A stretch of 42,494 nt of DNA. Origin: Clostridiaceae bacterium. Its GTDB lineage: Bacteria > Bacillota > Clostridia > Christensenellales > CAG-138. Location: contig JBDKTD010000335.1 in NCBI GenBank assembly GCA_039680365.1, forward strand, positions 1-42,494, read 5' to 3'. Position numbers and translations under genes: made by a program. The notes beneath the pieces are model-generated. The model was not told the origin of the DNA, ran no database searches, and saw only the letters and a program-made list of their open reading frames with translations. Within the stretch, counting starts at the first letter, position 1. Every line of letters begins with the position of its first letter. Below, in pieces: positions 16,637 through 26,122 of this stretch.

Positions 16637-17908
16637 TCAGCGAATCTGCTCGCCGTCGCCATACACGGCGCAGATGTCTTCCGCTCCGGCAAGGTAAACC
16701 GCGCGTTCAAAGCGCTCCTTTACCGTAAGCGCGCGCGTGCTCTCCGGAAACTCCCTGTCGTCAATCACAACCGCGTGCAGGCGGTTGCCGGGGGCAAAGC
16801 CTTCCTTGTCGCCAAAGTACTTCGCTCCCGCGCTGGTGGCGAGATAATACGCTTCGCCGACGGTCAAGAACGGTTCCGCGCCTTCGGTGGCGATGGCTCT
16901 GGCCTTGGACATGCGCAGCGCCCCCGTGAGCACCTGCAGCATGGGCAAAAGCGCACCGCCCGCGATATCGGAACCCAGCGCGAGCCACACACCGCGCTCC
17001 GCCATTTTGCGCACAGGCGTAAAGCCGCTGCAGATGTTGATGTTCGAATCCGGGCAGTGCACGCAGAGAACGTTATGCCGAATCATCGCGTCCTGCTCGC
17101 GCTCGTCGGAATGCACGCAGTGCGCCATGATGGTTTTTTCTTTCCATAGTCCGTATTTTTCATACGTTTCCCAGTACTGTTTGCAGTCGGGATGCAGTTG
17201 TTTGACCAGTTCGATCTCCGCGCGGTTCTCGGAAAGGTGGCTTTGGACATACAGCCCGCGCTCCTGTGAGAGTTTGCCGAGCCATTCCATGATTTCGTTG
17301 GTACAGGAAGGCGTAAATCGCGGTGTGAGAATGGGCTTAACGCGGGTAAAGCGCGCGGACTCTTCCAGCCAGCGCAGCGTTTCGCGCTTGGACTCCTCCG
17401 TGGTTTCCTGGCACTCGCCGCTCGCGCGGTCCATGTTCACTTTGCCTACATAGCCGCTGACCCCCGCGTGCTCCAGCTCTTCCATGAGCACAATTGTTGC
17501 GTCCGCATGGGTCGAGGAATAAACGCAGACGCGCGTGGTTCCATTCTTGACCAGTTCCTCGGCGAGCTTATGATACACGCGCCGCGCATATGCCGCGTCC
17601 GCAAAGCGCGCTTCCGTTTTGAACGTATAGGTCTTGAGCCAGTCCAGCAGCGGCAGATCCATGCCCATGCCGAGCATGGGAAACTGCGGCGCGTGCAAAT
17701 GCATATCGCAAAAGCCCTGCAGAATCAGCCTGCCGGTGTAGTCCGTTACCGCTAAGCTTTTATACCGTTCCGGGAGCTCGGTAAAAACGCCAGCAATTAC
17801 GCCGTCTTCAACGGCGATATATCCGTTTTCCGTAATCGAAGGATCGCCAAAGCGTTTTGCTTCGACGATATGCCCCTTGATCAGTTCAGCTCTTTTTTGT
17901 TCCGTCAT
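16637..17908 (-). CDS. guaD: Guanine deaminase (amidohydrolase)
   Basis: DMHLHAPQF, LLDWL..YTF.TE, TPRF, QSHLSEN, GSDIAGG. Confidence 0.9.
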   Translation of the reverse strand: MTEQKRAELIKGHIVEAKRFGDPSITENGYIAVEDGVIAGVFTELPERYKSLAVTDYTGRLILQGFCDMHLHAPQFPMLGMGMDLPLLDWLKTYTFKTEARFADAAYARRVYHKLAEELVKNGTTRVCVYSSTHADATIVLMEELEHAGVSGYVGKVNMDRASGECQETTEESKRETLRWLEESARFTRVKPILTPRFTPSCTNEIMEWLGKLSQERGLYVQSHLSENRAEIELVKQLHPDCKQYWETYEKYGLWKEKTIMAHCVHSDEREQDAMIRHNVLCVHCPDSNINICSGFTPVRKMAERGVWLALGSDIAGGALLPMLQVLTGALRMSKARAIATEGAEPFLTVGEAYYLATSAGAKYFGDKEGFAPGNRLHAVVIDDREFPESTRALTVKERFERAVYLAGAEDICAVYGDGEQIR

Positions 17909-17954
17909 TTGGGTTCACCAGTTTTCTGTCTATTTTGATCGCCGAAAATACTCT

Positions 17955-18530
17955 TTACTTGCAGGTGTCGATATCCATGAGTTCCCTTGCGTTGTCCGCT
18001 TCCACAAGCGTCAATAGCTCAGGATGGCTTTTGATCACCGCGCCGCCGCCGGTATCCGCATCCAGAGCAATCAGCTCGCCGTACAGCGCCCTCGGAAAGA
18101 TTGCGGGATTTCCGCGCGTTCCCTGAAAGGAGAGCGAAACGATCCGGTTCGAACTTTGCTCAAACGCGTCGAGCAGCCGCTGAACGCTCGCTTTCGTTAA
18201 AAACGGCTGATCGCTGACCGCGTACAGGACTCCGTCCAGATCCGGCCGCCGCTCAAGCAGCTTCATGGTGCCCGTCGAAACGCTCGTGCCGACGCCCTGA
18301 TCGGCGTTCGGGTTCTCAACGGGCGTAAATCCAACGGTTTTTGACAGCGCGGAAATCCGCTCTTCGCCCGCGCGAACCACGCAGACTTTCGCGGTAAACG
18401 GTAGCTTTCCATACAGCGACAGCGCGGTAACGATCATGGGCGCGCCGCCCACTTTGTAAAACAGCTTTTCGCCGTCGCCGCCAAACCGCTTGCCCGCGCC
18501 CGCCGCGAGCAGCACGCACCCGATGTTCAC
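17955..18530 (-). CDS. mocA: Molybdenum cofactor cytidylyltransferase-like NTP transferase
   Basis: LLAAGAGKRFG, DQPF, GNPAIF, DTGG, DIDT; near xdhABC. Confidence 0.82.
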   Translation of the reverse strand: MNIGCVLLAAGAGKRFGGDGEKLFYKVGGAPMIVTALSLYGKLPFTAKVCVVRAGEERISALSKTVGFTPVENPNADQGVGTSVSTGTMKLLERRPDLDGVLYAVSDQPFLTKASVQRLLDAFEQSSNRIVSLSFQGTRGNPAIFPRALYGELIALDADTGGGAVIKSHPELLTLVEADNARELMDIDTCK

Positions 18531-19897
18531 GCGCGGTACCGCGCGGAGGGAATGCGGAAGACGTACTTCCCTTCGCCTTGACGAACAATCTTGCCATCGC
18601 TGACGACCCGTTTGCCGCCGAGGAGCACATCCGTAACGCGCCCGCGCACCGGCATTCCTTCGTAAGGCGAGTTGTCGCAGTTATGCGCATTCGTCTTGTA
18701 GGAAATCACGCTGTCGCCTTCGGGGTCGTAAAGCGTAATATCCGCGTCCGCGCCTTCCGCGAGCATGCCCTTATGCGGCTGCATGCCGAACATCCGCGCG
18801 GCGTTTTCGCTCAACAGGCACGCCATTTGCTCCAGCGAGATGCGCCCCGGCAGCACGCCGTAGGTGTAGATCAGCTGCGCGCGGTTCTGTACGCCCGCGC
18901 CGCCGTTCGGCGTTTTATTGAACTCGCCGCCGCCCAGCGCTTTCTGCGTCATGGTAAACGAGCAGTGGTCGGTGCCGATCACGTCGATTTCTCCTTCCGC
19001 CATCGCGTGGAACAACGCGTCCTGATCTTCCTTTTTGCGAAGCGGCGGGGACATGATGAACTTTTCCGCATCCGCGTCGCCATAATGCGTATCGTCCAGC
19101 ACGAGATACTGCGGGCAGGTTTCCAGATAGACTTCCTGCCCCCGCGCTCTGGCTCGTCTCGCTTCTTCCAGGCCTTCGCGCGTGGAGAGGTGTACGACCC
19201 AAACCGGCGTGCAGGCGAGTTCGGCAATCCGCATCAGGCGGGATACCGCCTCCGCTTCCACTTCGTTCGGCCGGGACATCGGATGCCCCAAAGGCGAACA
19301 CACGCCCGCGTTTCTGAGTTCGCGGATGCGCTCGTTCAGTAAATCGTAATTTTCGCAGTGTACGCCAGAAATGCAGCCGAGCGCCGCCATGTGTTTCAGC
19401 GCGGCATAGATTTCGCCGTCGTTTAACCGCATGGCGTCGTACACCATGTACATTTTAAACGAGGTTACGCCTTGCGCGCGCATCCCTTCAACTTCCGCGG
19501 CGCGCGCGGCGTTCCATTCGGAAATCGCCATATGGAAACCGTAGTTGCAGCTGGAACCCTGCGCTTTTTTGTGCCAGAGGTCGAGCGCCTGCTGCATGGT
19601 CATGCCGCGATCCTGCGTTGCAAAGTCCAGCACCGTGGTCGTTCCGCCCAGCACCGCCGCTTTTGTGCCCGTAACGAAGTTATCCGCCGTAACGGTTACG
19701 CCCAAGTCGAGCTCGAAGTGCGTATGGGTATCGATAAACCCGGCGAAAACGTATTTGCCGCTTGCGTCAATCGTTTCGTCGGCGGATTCGCGTATCTGCG
19801 GCGCGATTTTCTGAATCAGGCCGTTTTCAATCAAAAGATCGGCCTGTTCCGCGCCGGTGCTTCTGACGATAATTCCGTTTTGAATGAGCGTTCGCAC
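18527..19897 (-). CDS. hydA: Dihydropyrimidinase / D-hydantoinase (HydA/HyuA-like)
   Basis: IDTHTHF, GGTTT, SFKMYM, HCEN, MSPPLR, TDHCSF. Confidence 0.88.
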   Translation of the reverse strand: MRTLIQNGIIVRSTGAEQADLLIENGLIQKIAPQIRESADETIDASGKYVFAGFIDTHTHFELDLGVTVTADNFVTGTKAAVLGGTTTVLDFATQDRGMTMQQALDLWHKKAQGSSCNYGFHMAISEWNAARAAEVEGMRAQGVTSFKMYMVYDAMRLNDGEIYAALKHMAALGCISGVHCENYDLLNERIRELRNAGVCSPLGHPMSRPNEVEAEAVSRLMRIAELACTPVWVVHLSTREGLEEARRARARGQEVYLETCPQYLVLDDTHYGDADAEKFIMSPPLRKKEDQDALFHAMAEGEIDVIGTDHCSFTMTQKALGGGEFNKTPNGGAGVQNRAQLIYTYGVLPGRISLEQMACLLSENAARMFGMQPHKGMLAEGADADITLYDPEGDSVISYKTNAHNCDNSPYEGMPVRGRVTDVLLGGKRVVSDGKIVRQGEGKYVFRIPSARYRA

Positions 19898-19977
19898 GAT
19901 GTTGTTCCGCCTCCGAACTTCTTTGAAAATTGAAACGGTTTTTGCGGCTTAAATCAGTATTTTGTTCTCTCGCTCAA

Positions 19978-20103
19978 TTTTATCATAAGAAAACGTTTAT
20001 TGCTGATCACCATATTTCGTTCTGCGTGTCCATTTTTCATAAGAAAACGTTTATAGCTGATCACTATATTTCGTTCTGCATGTCTATTTTATCATAAGAA
20101 AAC
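19978..20103. repeat. 54/55-nt tandem duplication (about 2.3 copies) in the divergent hydA/ade promoter region
   Basis: TCATAAGAAAAC at 19983, 20037 and 20092, with near-identical intervening sequence. Confidence 0.85.
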
Positions 20104-20173
20104 AAGAGAAAAAGAAAAGATTCCGTGACAGCCTGCAATTATTTTAGCACAGGAAAAAATAAATGGAAAGTAT

Positions 20174-20201
20174 TTGCATCTAACAATCTTTATGCTATAC
20201 T
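20174..20201 (+). promoter_or_regulatory. Sigma-A promoter for ade
   Basis: TTGCAT-16 nt-TATACT with extended TG. Confidence 0.55.
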
Positions 20202-20223
20202 AACAAAAAGGTGGGTGAGCATT

Positions 20224-21927
20224 ATGCAAAAGACACGTCTACGCGCCGCCATCCTCAACGCGGCCAGCCGCAATGCTGCTCTAGTCATCAAAAACGCAAA
20301 GATTGTAAACGTATTTACCGAAGAGATCATAGAAGGCGACGTCGCCATCCGCGACGGCATCATCATTGGCGTTGGCTCCTATTCCGGACGGGCGGAAATT
20401 GACGCAAAAGGCGGGTATCTCTGCCCGGGACTCATCGACGGACACGTGCACATTGAATCCTCGATGGCGCATCCTTCCCGTTTTGCGAACGTTATTTTGG
20501 AAAAAGGCACCACTTCCATTATTGCCGATCCTCATGAAATTGCGAACGTCTGCGGCGTGGACGGAATTCAATATATGCTCGATCAAACGGAATGGCTTCC
20601 CCTTTCCGTTTTTGTTATGGTTCCGTCCTGCGTGCCCTGCACGGCGTTTGAAACGAGCGGGGCAAAGCTCACCGCGCGCGATTTGGAAACCTTCATCGGC
20701 CACCCGCGCGTGCTGGGTCTCGGCGAGGTGATGGACTACACCGCAACGGTGGAAGGCGACGGCGAAATGCTGGATAAACTCCATCTTTTCCGCCACCACC
20801 CGATCGACGGCCACGCCCCCGCACTTACGGGGGACGCGCTGAACGCCTATTGTGTTGCGGGGCCGCATACCGACCACGAGTGTATCACCTATGACGAAGT
20901 GCTCGAAAAGCTCCGCAAGGGTTTGCGCATTCATCTGCGCCTCGGCAGCGCCAACCGTAATGTCGAGTCGATTATGCGTCAAATCGCCGAACACAACCTG
21001 CCCACGCGGCGGATGTCCTTCTGCACGGACGACAAGCACCTTGCCGATATCCGCGAGGAAGGCCACATCAACTATATCGTCCGCAGAGCGGTTGCAAACG
21101 GCATCTCCCCCATGCACGCCATCCAAATGGCGACCATCAACACCGCCAATACCTACGGAATCCGCCATTACGGCGCGGTCGCGCCCGGATACCGCGCGGA
21201 TCTCGTGCTGTTTGACAACCTGACCGATTTTAACCCGCAGTTCGTCATTACCGACGGAAAGCTCTTTGAGCCGAGCATCGACACGCATATCAAGCCCGAC
21301 CCGAAGATCTACAACAGCGTCCACCTCGCGCCCCGCAAGCCGGATATCTTCCGCCTGCCCGTCAGCGGCAAGGCGCGCATTATCCGCCTGATTCCCAAGG
21401 AGCTCATCACCGCGCTGGACGAAGAGGAAGTCTACACCGAAAACGGCTGCTTTGTGCCCAGAAACGGCCTGCTCAAGCTCGCAGTACTGGAGCGGCACCA
21501 TGCTTCCGGGCGCGTCGGTCTCGGAATCCTGCGCGGGTTCCAAGTCAAGGACGGCGCAATCGCCACCACGGTTGGCCACGATTCGCACAACCTCGTTGTC
21601 GTTGGCGACAACGACGGGGATATGTTCAAAGCGGTCACCGCGCTGGAAGAATGCGGCGGCGGATACGTCGTGGTCAGCAAAGGCGAAGTGATCGCAAAGC
21701 TCGTACTCTCCGTTGCGGGCTTAATGAGCGACGCGCCGCTGGAAAACATCCTCAAACACCAACACGAACTGCTCGCGGCGGCAGCCAATCTCGGCATCCA
21801 TACGGACAGCGACCCGTTCATCACGCTCTCGTTCATCGCGCTGCCGGTGATTCCGGACGTGCGCCTGACGGATATGGGTCTGTTCGACGTTACGAAGATG
21901 GAGTTTTTCGAACCCATCAACCGCTGA
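20224..21927 (+). CDS. ade: Adenine deaminase
   Basis: GHVHIESS, DPHEIANV, DGHAP, TDHE, CTDD, HDSHN, ALPVIP; ATG at 20224. Confidence 0.95.
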   Translation: MQKTRLRAAILNAASRNAALVIKNAKIVNVFTEEIIEGDVAIRDGIIIGVGSYSGRAEIDAKGGYLCPGLIDGHVHIESSMAHPSRFANVILEKGTTSIIADPHEIANVCGVDGIQYMLDQTEWLPLSVFVMVPSCVPCTAFETSGAKLTARDLETFIGHPRVLGLGEVMDYTATVEGDGEMLDKLHLFRHHPIDGHAPALTGDALNAYCVAGPHTDHECITYDEVLEKLRKGLRIHLRLGSANRNVESIMRQIAEHNLPTRRMSFCTDDKHLADIREEGHINYIVRRAVANGISPMHAIQMATINTANTYGIRHYGAVAPGYRADLVLFDNLTDFNPQFVITDGKLFEPSIDTHIKPDPKIYNSVHLAPRKPDIFRLPVSGKARIIRLIPKELITALDEEEVYTENGCFVPRNGLLKLAVLERHHASGRVGLGILRGFQVKDGAIATTVGHDSHNLVVVGDNDGDMFKAVTALEECGGGYVVVSKGEVIAKLVLSVAGLMSDAPLENILKHQHELLAAAANLGIHTDSDPFITLSFIALPVIPDVRLTDMGLFDVTKMEFFEPINR

Positions 21928-22236
21928 TTTTGCGGCATATATTGTCCATTCGTTGGAAATCATACCGCTTTACCGTGCTTTCGATGGTAGTCTATCAACA
22001 GAATCCTGCAATATGTTGATCGGCGCGTGATATTTCGGTGGACAATTTTGAACGATCCCCCATTTTCTCTTCCCGCGTGCTAGGATAGAAATGGACAATT
22101 TCACGCATTTATCGCGGGAGATACGCCCATTTACGCCGCTCCCACCGCCCGCCGGACGACCGCACGCCCGACGGCGCGTAAGGATATTTAACTCAAGCAA
22201 TCACATAACGGTTCATACAGGTTCAGGAGGGGTACT

Positions 22237-24522
22237 ATGGTCGTTGGAAAAAGCGTCAAACGCGTTGACGCGATCGACAAGGTAACGGGCCGCGCAAAGT
22301 ATACGGACGACCTTGCCGATAAAAGCGCGCTCATTGTTAAAATCTATCATTCCACCATCGCGCACGGCATGGTTACGAAGGTGGATACTTCCGCCGCGGA
22401 AGCGATTCCCGGCGTTGTAAAGGTTCTCACGTGCTTCGACGTGCCGAATCTGCCGTTTCCGACGGCGGGGCACCCCTGGAGCACCGACCCGCATCATCAG
22501 GACGTTGCCGACCGGCTGCTGCTCAACAAACATGTTCGTTACTATGGCGACGACGTTGCCGTGGTCATTGCCGAGGACGAAGTCGCGGCTTCTCAGGGCG
22601 TCCGCGCGCTCAAGGTGGAATACGAGGAGTATCCCTTTGTGCTCGACGTGCAGGAAGCCATGAAGGACGGCGCGCCGCAGCTCCACGAACGCTTCAAAAA
22701 CAACATTCTCGGCCGAACGAGCTATGAAGAAGGCAAGTTCGACGAAGCGATTCAAGAGCCGGGTCTGATAAAGATCGAAGGCTGGTATGAAACGCCAATC
22801 GTCCAGCACTGCCATATTGAAAACCACATTTGCTACGCCGAAGAACAAAACGGCAAGATCGTGATCGTTTCGAGCACGCAGATTCCGCATATCGTTCGCC
22901 GCGTCTGCGGCCAGGCGCTGGGGCTTCCCTGGGGCAGCGTTCGATTGATCAAGCCGTATATCGGCGGCGGTTTCGGCAACAAGCAGGATGCGCTGTACGA
23001 ACCACTCTGCGGCTACTGCTGCCAGCAAGTCGGCGGCAGGCTCGTCAAGCTGGACGTGAGCCGTGAGGAGACGTTTGTCAGTAACCGCGTCCGCCACGCC
23101 ATCCGCTACCATATTGAAACCTACGCTCGCCCGAACGGGCGCTTTGTTGCGCGCCGGATGGAGGCGTTTTCCAATCAGGGCGCATACGCCAGCCACGGCC
23201 ACGGCATCGTCGCAAAAGGCGCAAGCGCGTTCAAGCAAATCTACGTGGACGCCCTTGCAACCAAGGTGGACGCGTATACGGTGTTTACCAACCTGCCCGC
23301 TGCGGGCGCAATGCGCGCTTACGGCATCCCGCAGGTCTCGTTTGCCATTGAAAGCAGCGTGGAAGACGCGGCCAAGGTGCTGGGCATCGACTCCCTCGCC
23401 CTCCGGCGCATGAACATGATGCCGGTCGGCTATCGCGACGCGTTTTCCCACAACGTCAACTACTTCGATTCGCTCAACCAGTGCATCGAAAAGGGCAAAG
23501 CGTATATCGACTACGAACGCAAGCACGCGGAGTACGCCAAGCAGACCGGCCCCATCCGCCGCGGCGTCGGCATGGCGATTTTCTGGTACAACACCGCCGT
23601 CTGGCCGATTTCGCTGGAGGCTTCCAGCTGCCGCATGGTCATGAATCAGGACGGCTCGGTGCAGTTCTTCATTGCCGAAACGGAAATCGGCCAGGGCGCG
23701 GACACCGCGTTTGCGCAGATGGTTGCGGATACGGTCGGTGTACCGATGGAAAAAGTGCACGTCGTCTCCACGCAGGATACGGATATTACCCCGTTCGGCA
23801 CGGGCGCTTACGCCTCGCGGCAAACGTATGTTGCGGGCTTCGCCATCCAGAACATCGGCACCCAGCTGAAAAACAAGGTGCTTGCATACGCCGCTTACAT
23901 GACCGGTAAACCCGCCGAATCGCTCGATATGGCGGACGGCATCGTGTTTGAGAAAGTCTCCGGCGAAAAGGTCGTGCCGCTCGACGAACTGGCAACCACC
24001 GCGCTGTATTCCACCGTTCAGGCGGAGCAGTTCAGCGCCGAGGGCACCACCCAGATCAAGAGCAACGCCTATTCCTTCGGCTGCGGCTTTGTCGAGGTCG
24101 AGGTGGATATTCCCATGTGCAAGGTCAAGCTCGTCAAGATGATCAACGTCCATGACTGCGGAACGCTCATCAACCCGCAGCTTGCCGAAGCGCAGGTGCA
24201 CGGCGGCATGAGCATGGCCATCGGTTATGGCATGGGCGAGCAGCTGCTCTTCGATCCCAAGACCGGAAAGCCCCTCAACAACAACCTGCTCGACTACAAG
24301 CTCAGCACGATGATGGATCACTGCGATCTACGCGCCGAGTTTGTTGAAAACGCGGAACCGACCAGCCCGTTTGGCACGAAAGCGCTCGGCGAACCCCCCG
24401 CCTGCCCGGGAGCGCCCGCCATCCGCAACGCTATTTTGAACGCCACCGGCGTAGCCATCAACCAAACGCCCATGACGCCGCACGTGCTCTTTGAAAAGTT
24501 CAAAGAAGCCGGGCTGCTGTAA
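22237..24522 (+). CDS. xdhA: Xanthine dehydrogenase molybdenum-binding subunit
   Basis: GGGFGNK, GAYASHG, AMRAYG.PQ, EIGQG, ASRQT, KALGEP. Confidence 0.93.
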   Translation: MVVGKSVKRVDAIDKVTGRAKYTDDLADKSALIVKIYHSTIAHGMVTKVDTSAAEAIPGVVKVLTCFDVPNLPFPTAGHPWSTDPHHQDVADRLLLNKHVRYYGDDVAVVIAEDEVAASQGVRALKVEYEEYPFVLDVQEAMKDGAPQLHERFKNNILGRTSYEEGKFDEAIQEPGLIKIEGWYETPIVQHCHIENHICYAEEQNGKIVIVSSTQIPHIVRRVCGQALGLPWGSVRLIKPYIGGGFGNKQDALYEPLCGYCCQQVGGRLVKLDVSREETFVSNRVRHAIRYHIETYARPNGRFVARRMEAFSNQGAYASHGHGIVAKGASAFKQIYVDALATKVDAYTVFTNLPAAGAMRAYGIPQVSFAIESSVEDAAKVLGIDSLALRRMNMMPVGYRDAFSHNVNYFDSLNQCIEKGKAYIDYERKHAEYAKQTGPIRRGVGMAIFWYNTAVWPISLEASSCRMVMNQDGSVQFFIAETEIGQGADTAFAQMVADTVGVPMEKVHVVSTQDTDITPFGTGAYASRQTYVAGFAIQNIGTQLKNKVLAYAAYMTGKPAESLDMADGIVFEKVSGEKVVPLDELATTALYSTVQAEQFSAEGTTQIKSNAYSFGCGFVEVEVDIPMCKVKLVKMINVHDCGTLINPQLAEAQVHGGMSMAIGYGMGEQLLFDPKTGKPLNNNLLDYKLSTMMDHCDLRAEFVENAEPTSPFGTKALGEPPACPGAPAIRNAILNATGVAINQTPMTPHVLFEKFKEAGLL

Positions 24523-24540
24523 GGAAGGGAGCTGACGAAC

Positions 24541-25422
24541 ATGTACGATTTTTCCGCATTATACGAAGCCACCAGCGTTCAGAACGCCGTGGAACTCATG
24601 CAGGCGCATCCGTCGGCCGTCCTGATTGCGGGCGGCAGCGACGTTTTGATTAAAATGCGCGAAGGCAAGCTCGCGGGCGCGGAGCTCATCAGCATTTATA
24701 AGCTCGACGAACTACGCGAAGTCACCGTCGATCCCGACGGCGCTCTCCGCATCGGCCCCATGACGAGCTTTTCCCACGCAACGAAGAGTCAGCTTTTGCA
24801 GAAGTTCATGCCTGTGCTCGGCGAAGCCGCAGATACCGCGGGCGGCCCGCAGCTCAGAAGCATCGGCACCCTCGGCGGCAACATCTGCAACGGCGTAACC
24901 AGCGCGGACACGGCCTCCACACAGGTCGCTTACGACGCGGTGCTGGAAATAACGAGCGTAAACGGCACGCGTAAACTCAGCATTCACGACTTCTACAAAG
25001 GCCCCGGCAAGGTCGCCCTCGAATCCGGCGAGCTGCTCACGGCCATCCTCATTCCCAAAGAGAGCTATGAAAACTGCTTTGGTTACTACATCAAATACGC
25101 CATGCGCAACGCCATGGACATCGCAACCATCGGCTGCTCGGTCAACGTTGCGTTGAGCGCGGACAAAAAGACGATCCGGCGCGCGCGCATTGCATACGGC
25201 GTGGCGGGGCCGGTGCCTATGCGCGCCAGAACCGCCGAAGCCGCGCTTGCGGGTCAGCCCGTCGGCGAAGCGGCAATTGAGATTGTCGGAAAAGAAGTGC
25301 AGAACGACGTCAATCCCCGCACGAGCTGGCGCGCCTCGGCGGACTTCCGCAGGCAGATCATCAGCGAGACAGCCCGGCGCGGCCTGAAAGCCGCCATCGA
25401 GCGCGCAGGTGGTGTGTTCTAA
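24541..25422 (+). CDS. xdhB: Xanthine dehydrogenase FAD-binding subunit
   Basis: IAGGSD, GTLGGNICNG.TSAD. Confidence 0.93.
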   Translation: MYDFSALYEATSVQNAVELMQAHPSAVLIAGGSDVLIKMREGKLAGAELISIYKLDELREVTVDPDGALRIGPMTSFSHATKSQLLQKFMPVLGEAADTAGGPQLRSIGTLGGNICNGVTSADTASTQVAYDAVLEITSVNGTRKLSIHDFYKGPGKVALESGELLTAILIPKESYENCFGYYIKYAMRNAMDIATIGCSVNVALSADKKTIRRARIAYGVAGPVPMRARTAEAALAGQPVGEAAIEIVGKEVQNDVNPRTSWRASADFRRQIISETARRGLKAAIERAGGVF

Positions 25423-25904
25423 TGCAGATGCAATTAGTCAAGTGTAATATCAACGGTAAAGACGTTGAAACGTATGTGGACGTCCGCGCGTCGCTGACGG
25501 ATATGCTCCGCAACGACTACCGCCTGACCTCCGTGAAAAAAGGCTGCGAAGTCGGCGAATGCGGCGCCTGCAACGTCATTATCGACGGGGAATGCTACAA
25601 CTCCTGCATCTACCTTGCCGTCTGGGCGGAAGGCAAACACATCCGCACGCTGGAGAGCCTGCTCGGCCCCAACGGCGAACTCAGCGACATCCAGCAGGCA
25701 TTTGTGGACGAAGCGGCCGTTCAGTGCGGCTTCTGCACGCCGGGATTCATCATGACCGCCGTGGAGATTCTCGAAACCGGCAAGGAATACTCGCGCGACG
25801 AGCTGCGTAAGCTCCTCTCCGGCCACCTCTGCCGCTGCACGGGGTATGAAAACATCCTCAACGCGGTCGAAAAAACCATGAAAAAGCGGCTCGGCAAAGC
25901 CTGA
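25422..25904 (+). CDS. xdhC: Xanthine dehydrogenase 2Fe-2S subunit
   Basis: GCEVGECGAC, QCGFCTPG, HLCRCTGY. Confidence 0.95.
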   Translation: MQMQLVKCNINGKDVETYVDVRASLTDMLRNDYRLTSVKKGCEVGECGACNVIIDGECYNSCIYLAVWAEGKHIRTLESLLGPNGELSDIQQAFVDEAAVQCGFCTPGFIMTAVEILETGKEYSRDELRKLLSGHLCRCTGYENILNAVEKTMKKRLGKA

Positions 25905-26059
25905 CCGCGCGCCCTGCTCCTTTGTAAAGGGGCAAGCACTTTGTTACGAATATGCACGTTATACGGTGTTCTTTCATATTTATATGAATAGATATAAAAT
26001 TAGTGATTGAAATCCGCTCCAAAATATCGTAGCATATGGAATAATCGTTTCGTTTCGCC

Positions 26060-26097
26060 GCCCGAAGCCGCAAACTAACCGGTTTCGGGCTTTTTTT
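26060..26097 (+). terminator. Intrinsic terminator in the leader of the aminotransferase gene (candidate attenuator)
   Basis: GCCCGAAGCCG...CGGTTTCGGGC-TTTTTTT, 25 nt before ATG 26123. Confidence 0.7.
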
Positions 26098-26122
26098 AAA
26101 TAAACGGAAAGGACCTTTCTCC

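Noticed and set aside
22100-22236. Purine, xanthine, ZTP or Moco riboswitch in the xdhA leader
   Set aside because: GC-rich pairing potential exists, but none of the diagnostic consensus elements was found by eye. An Rfam scan would settle it.
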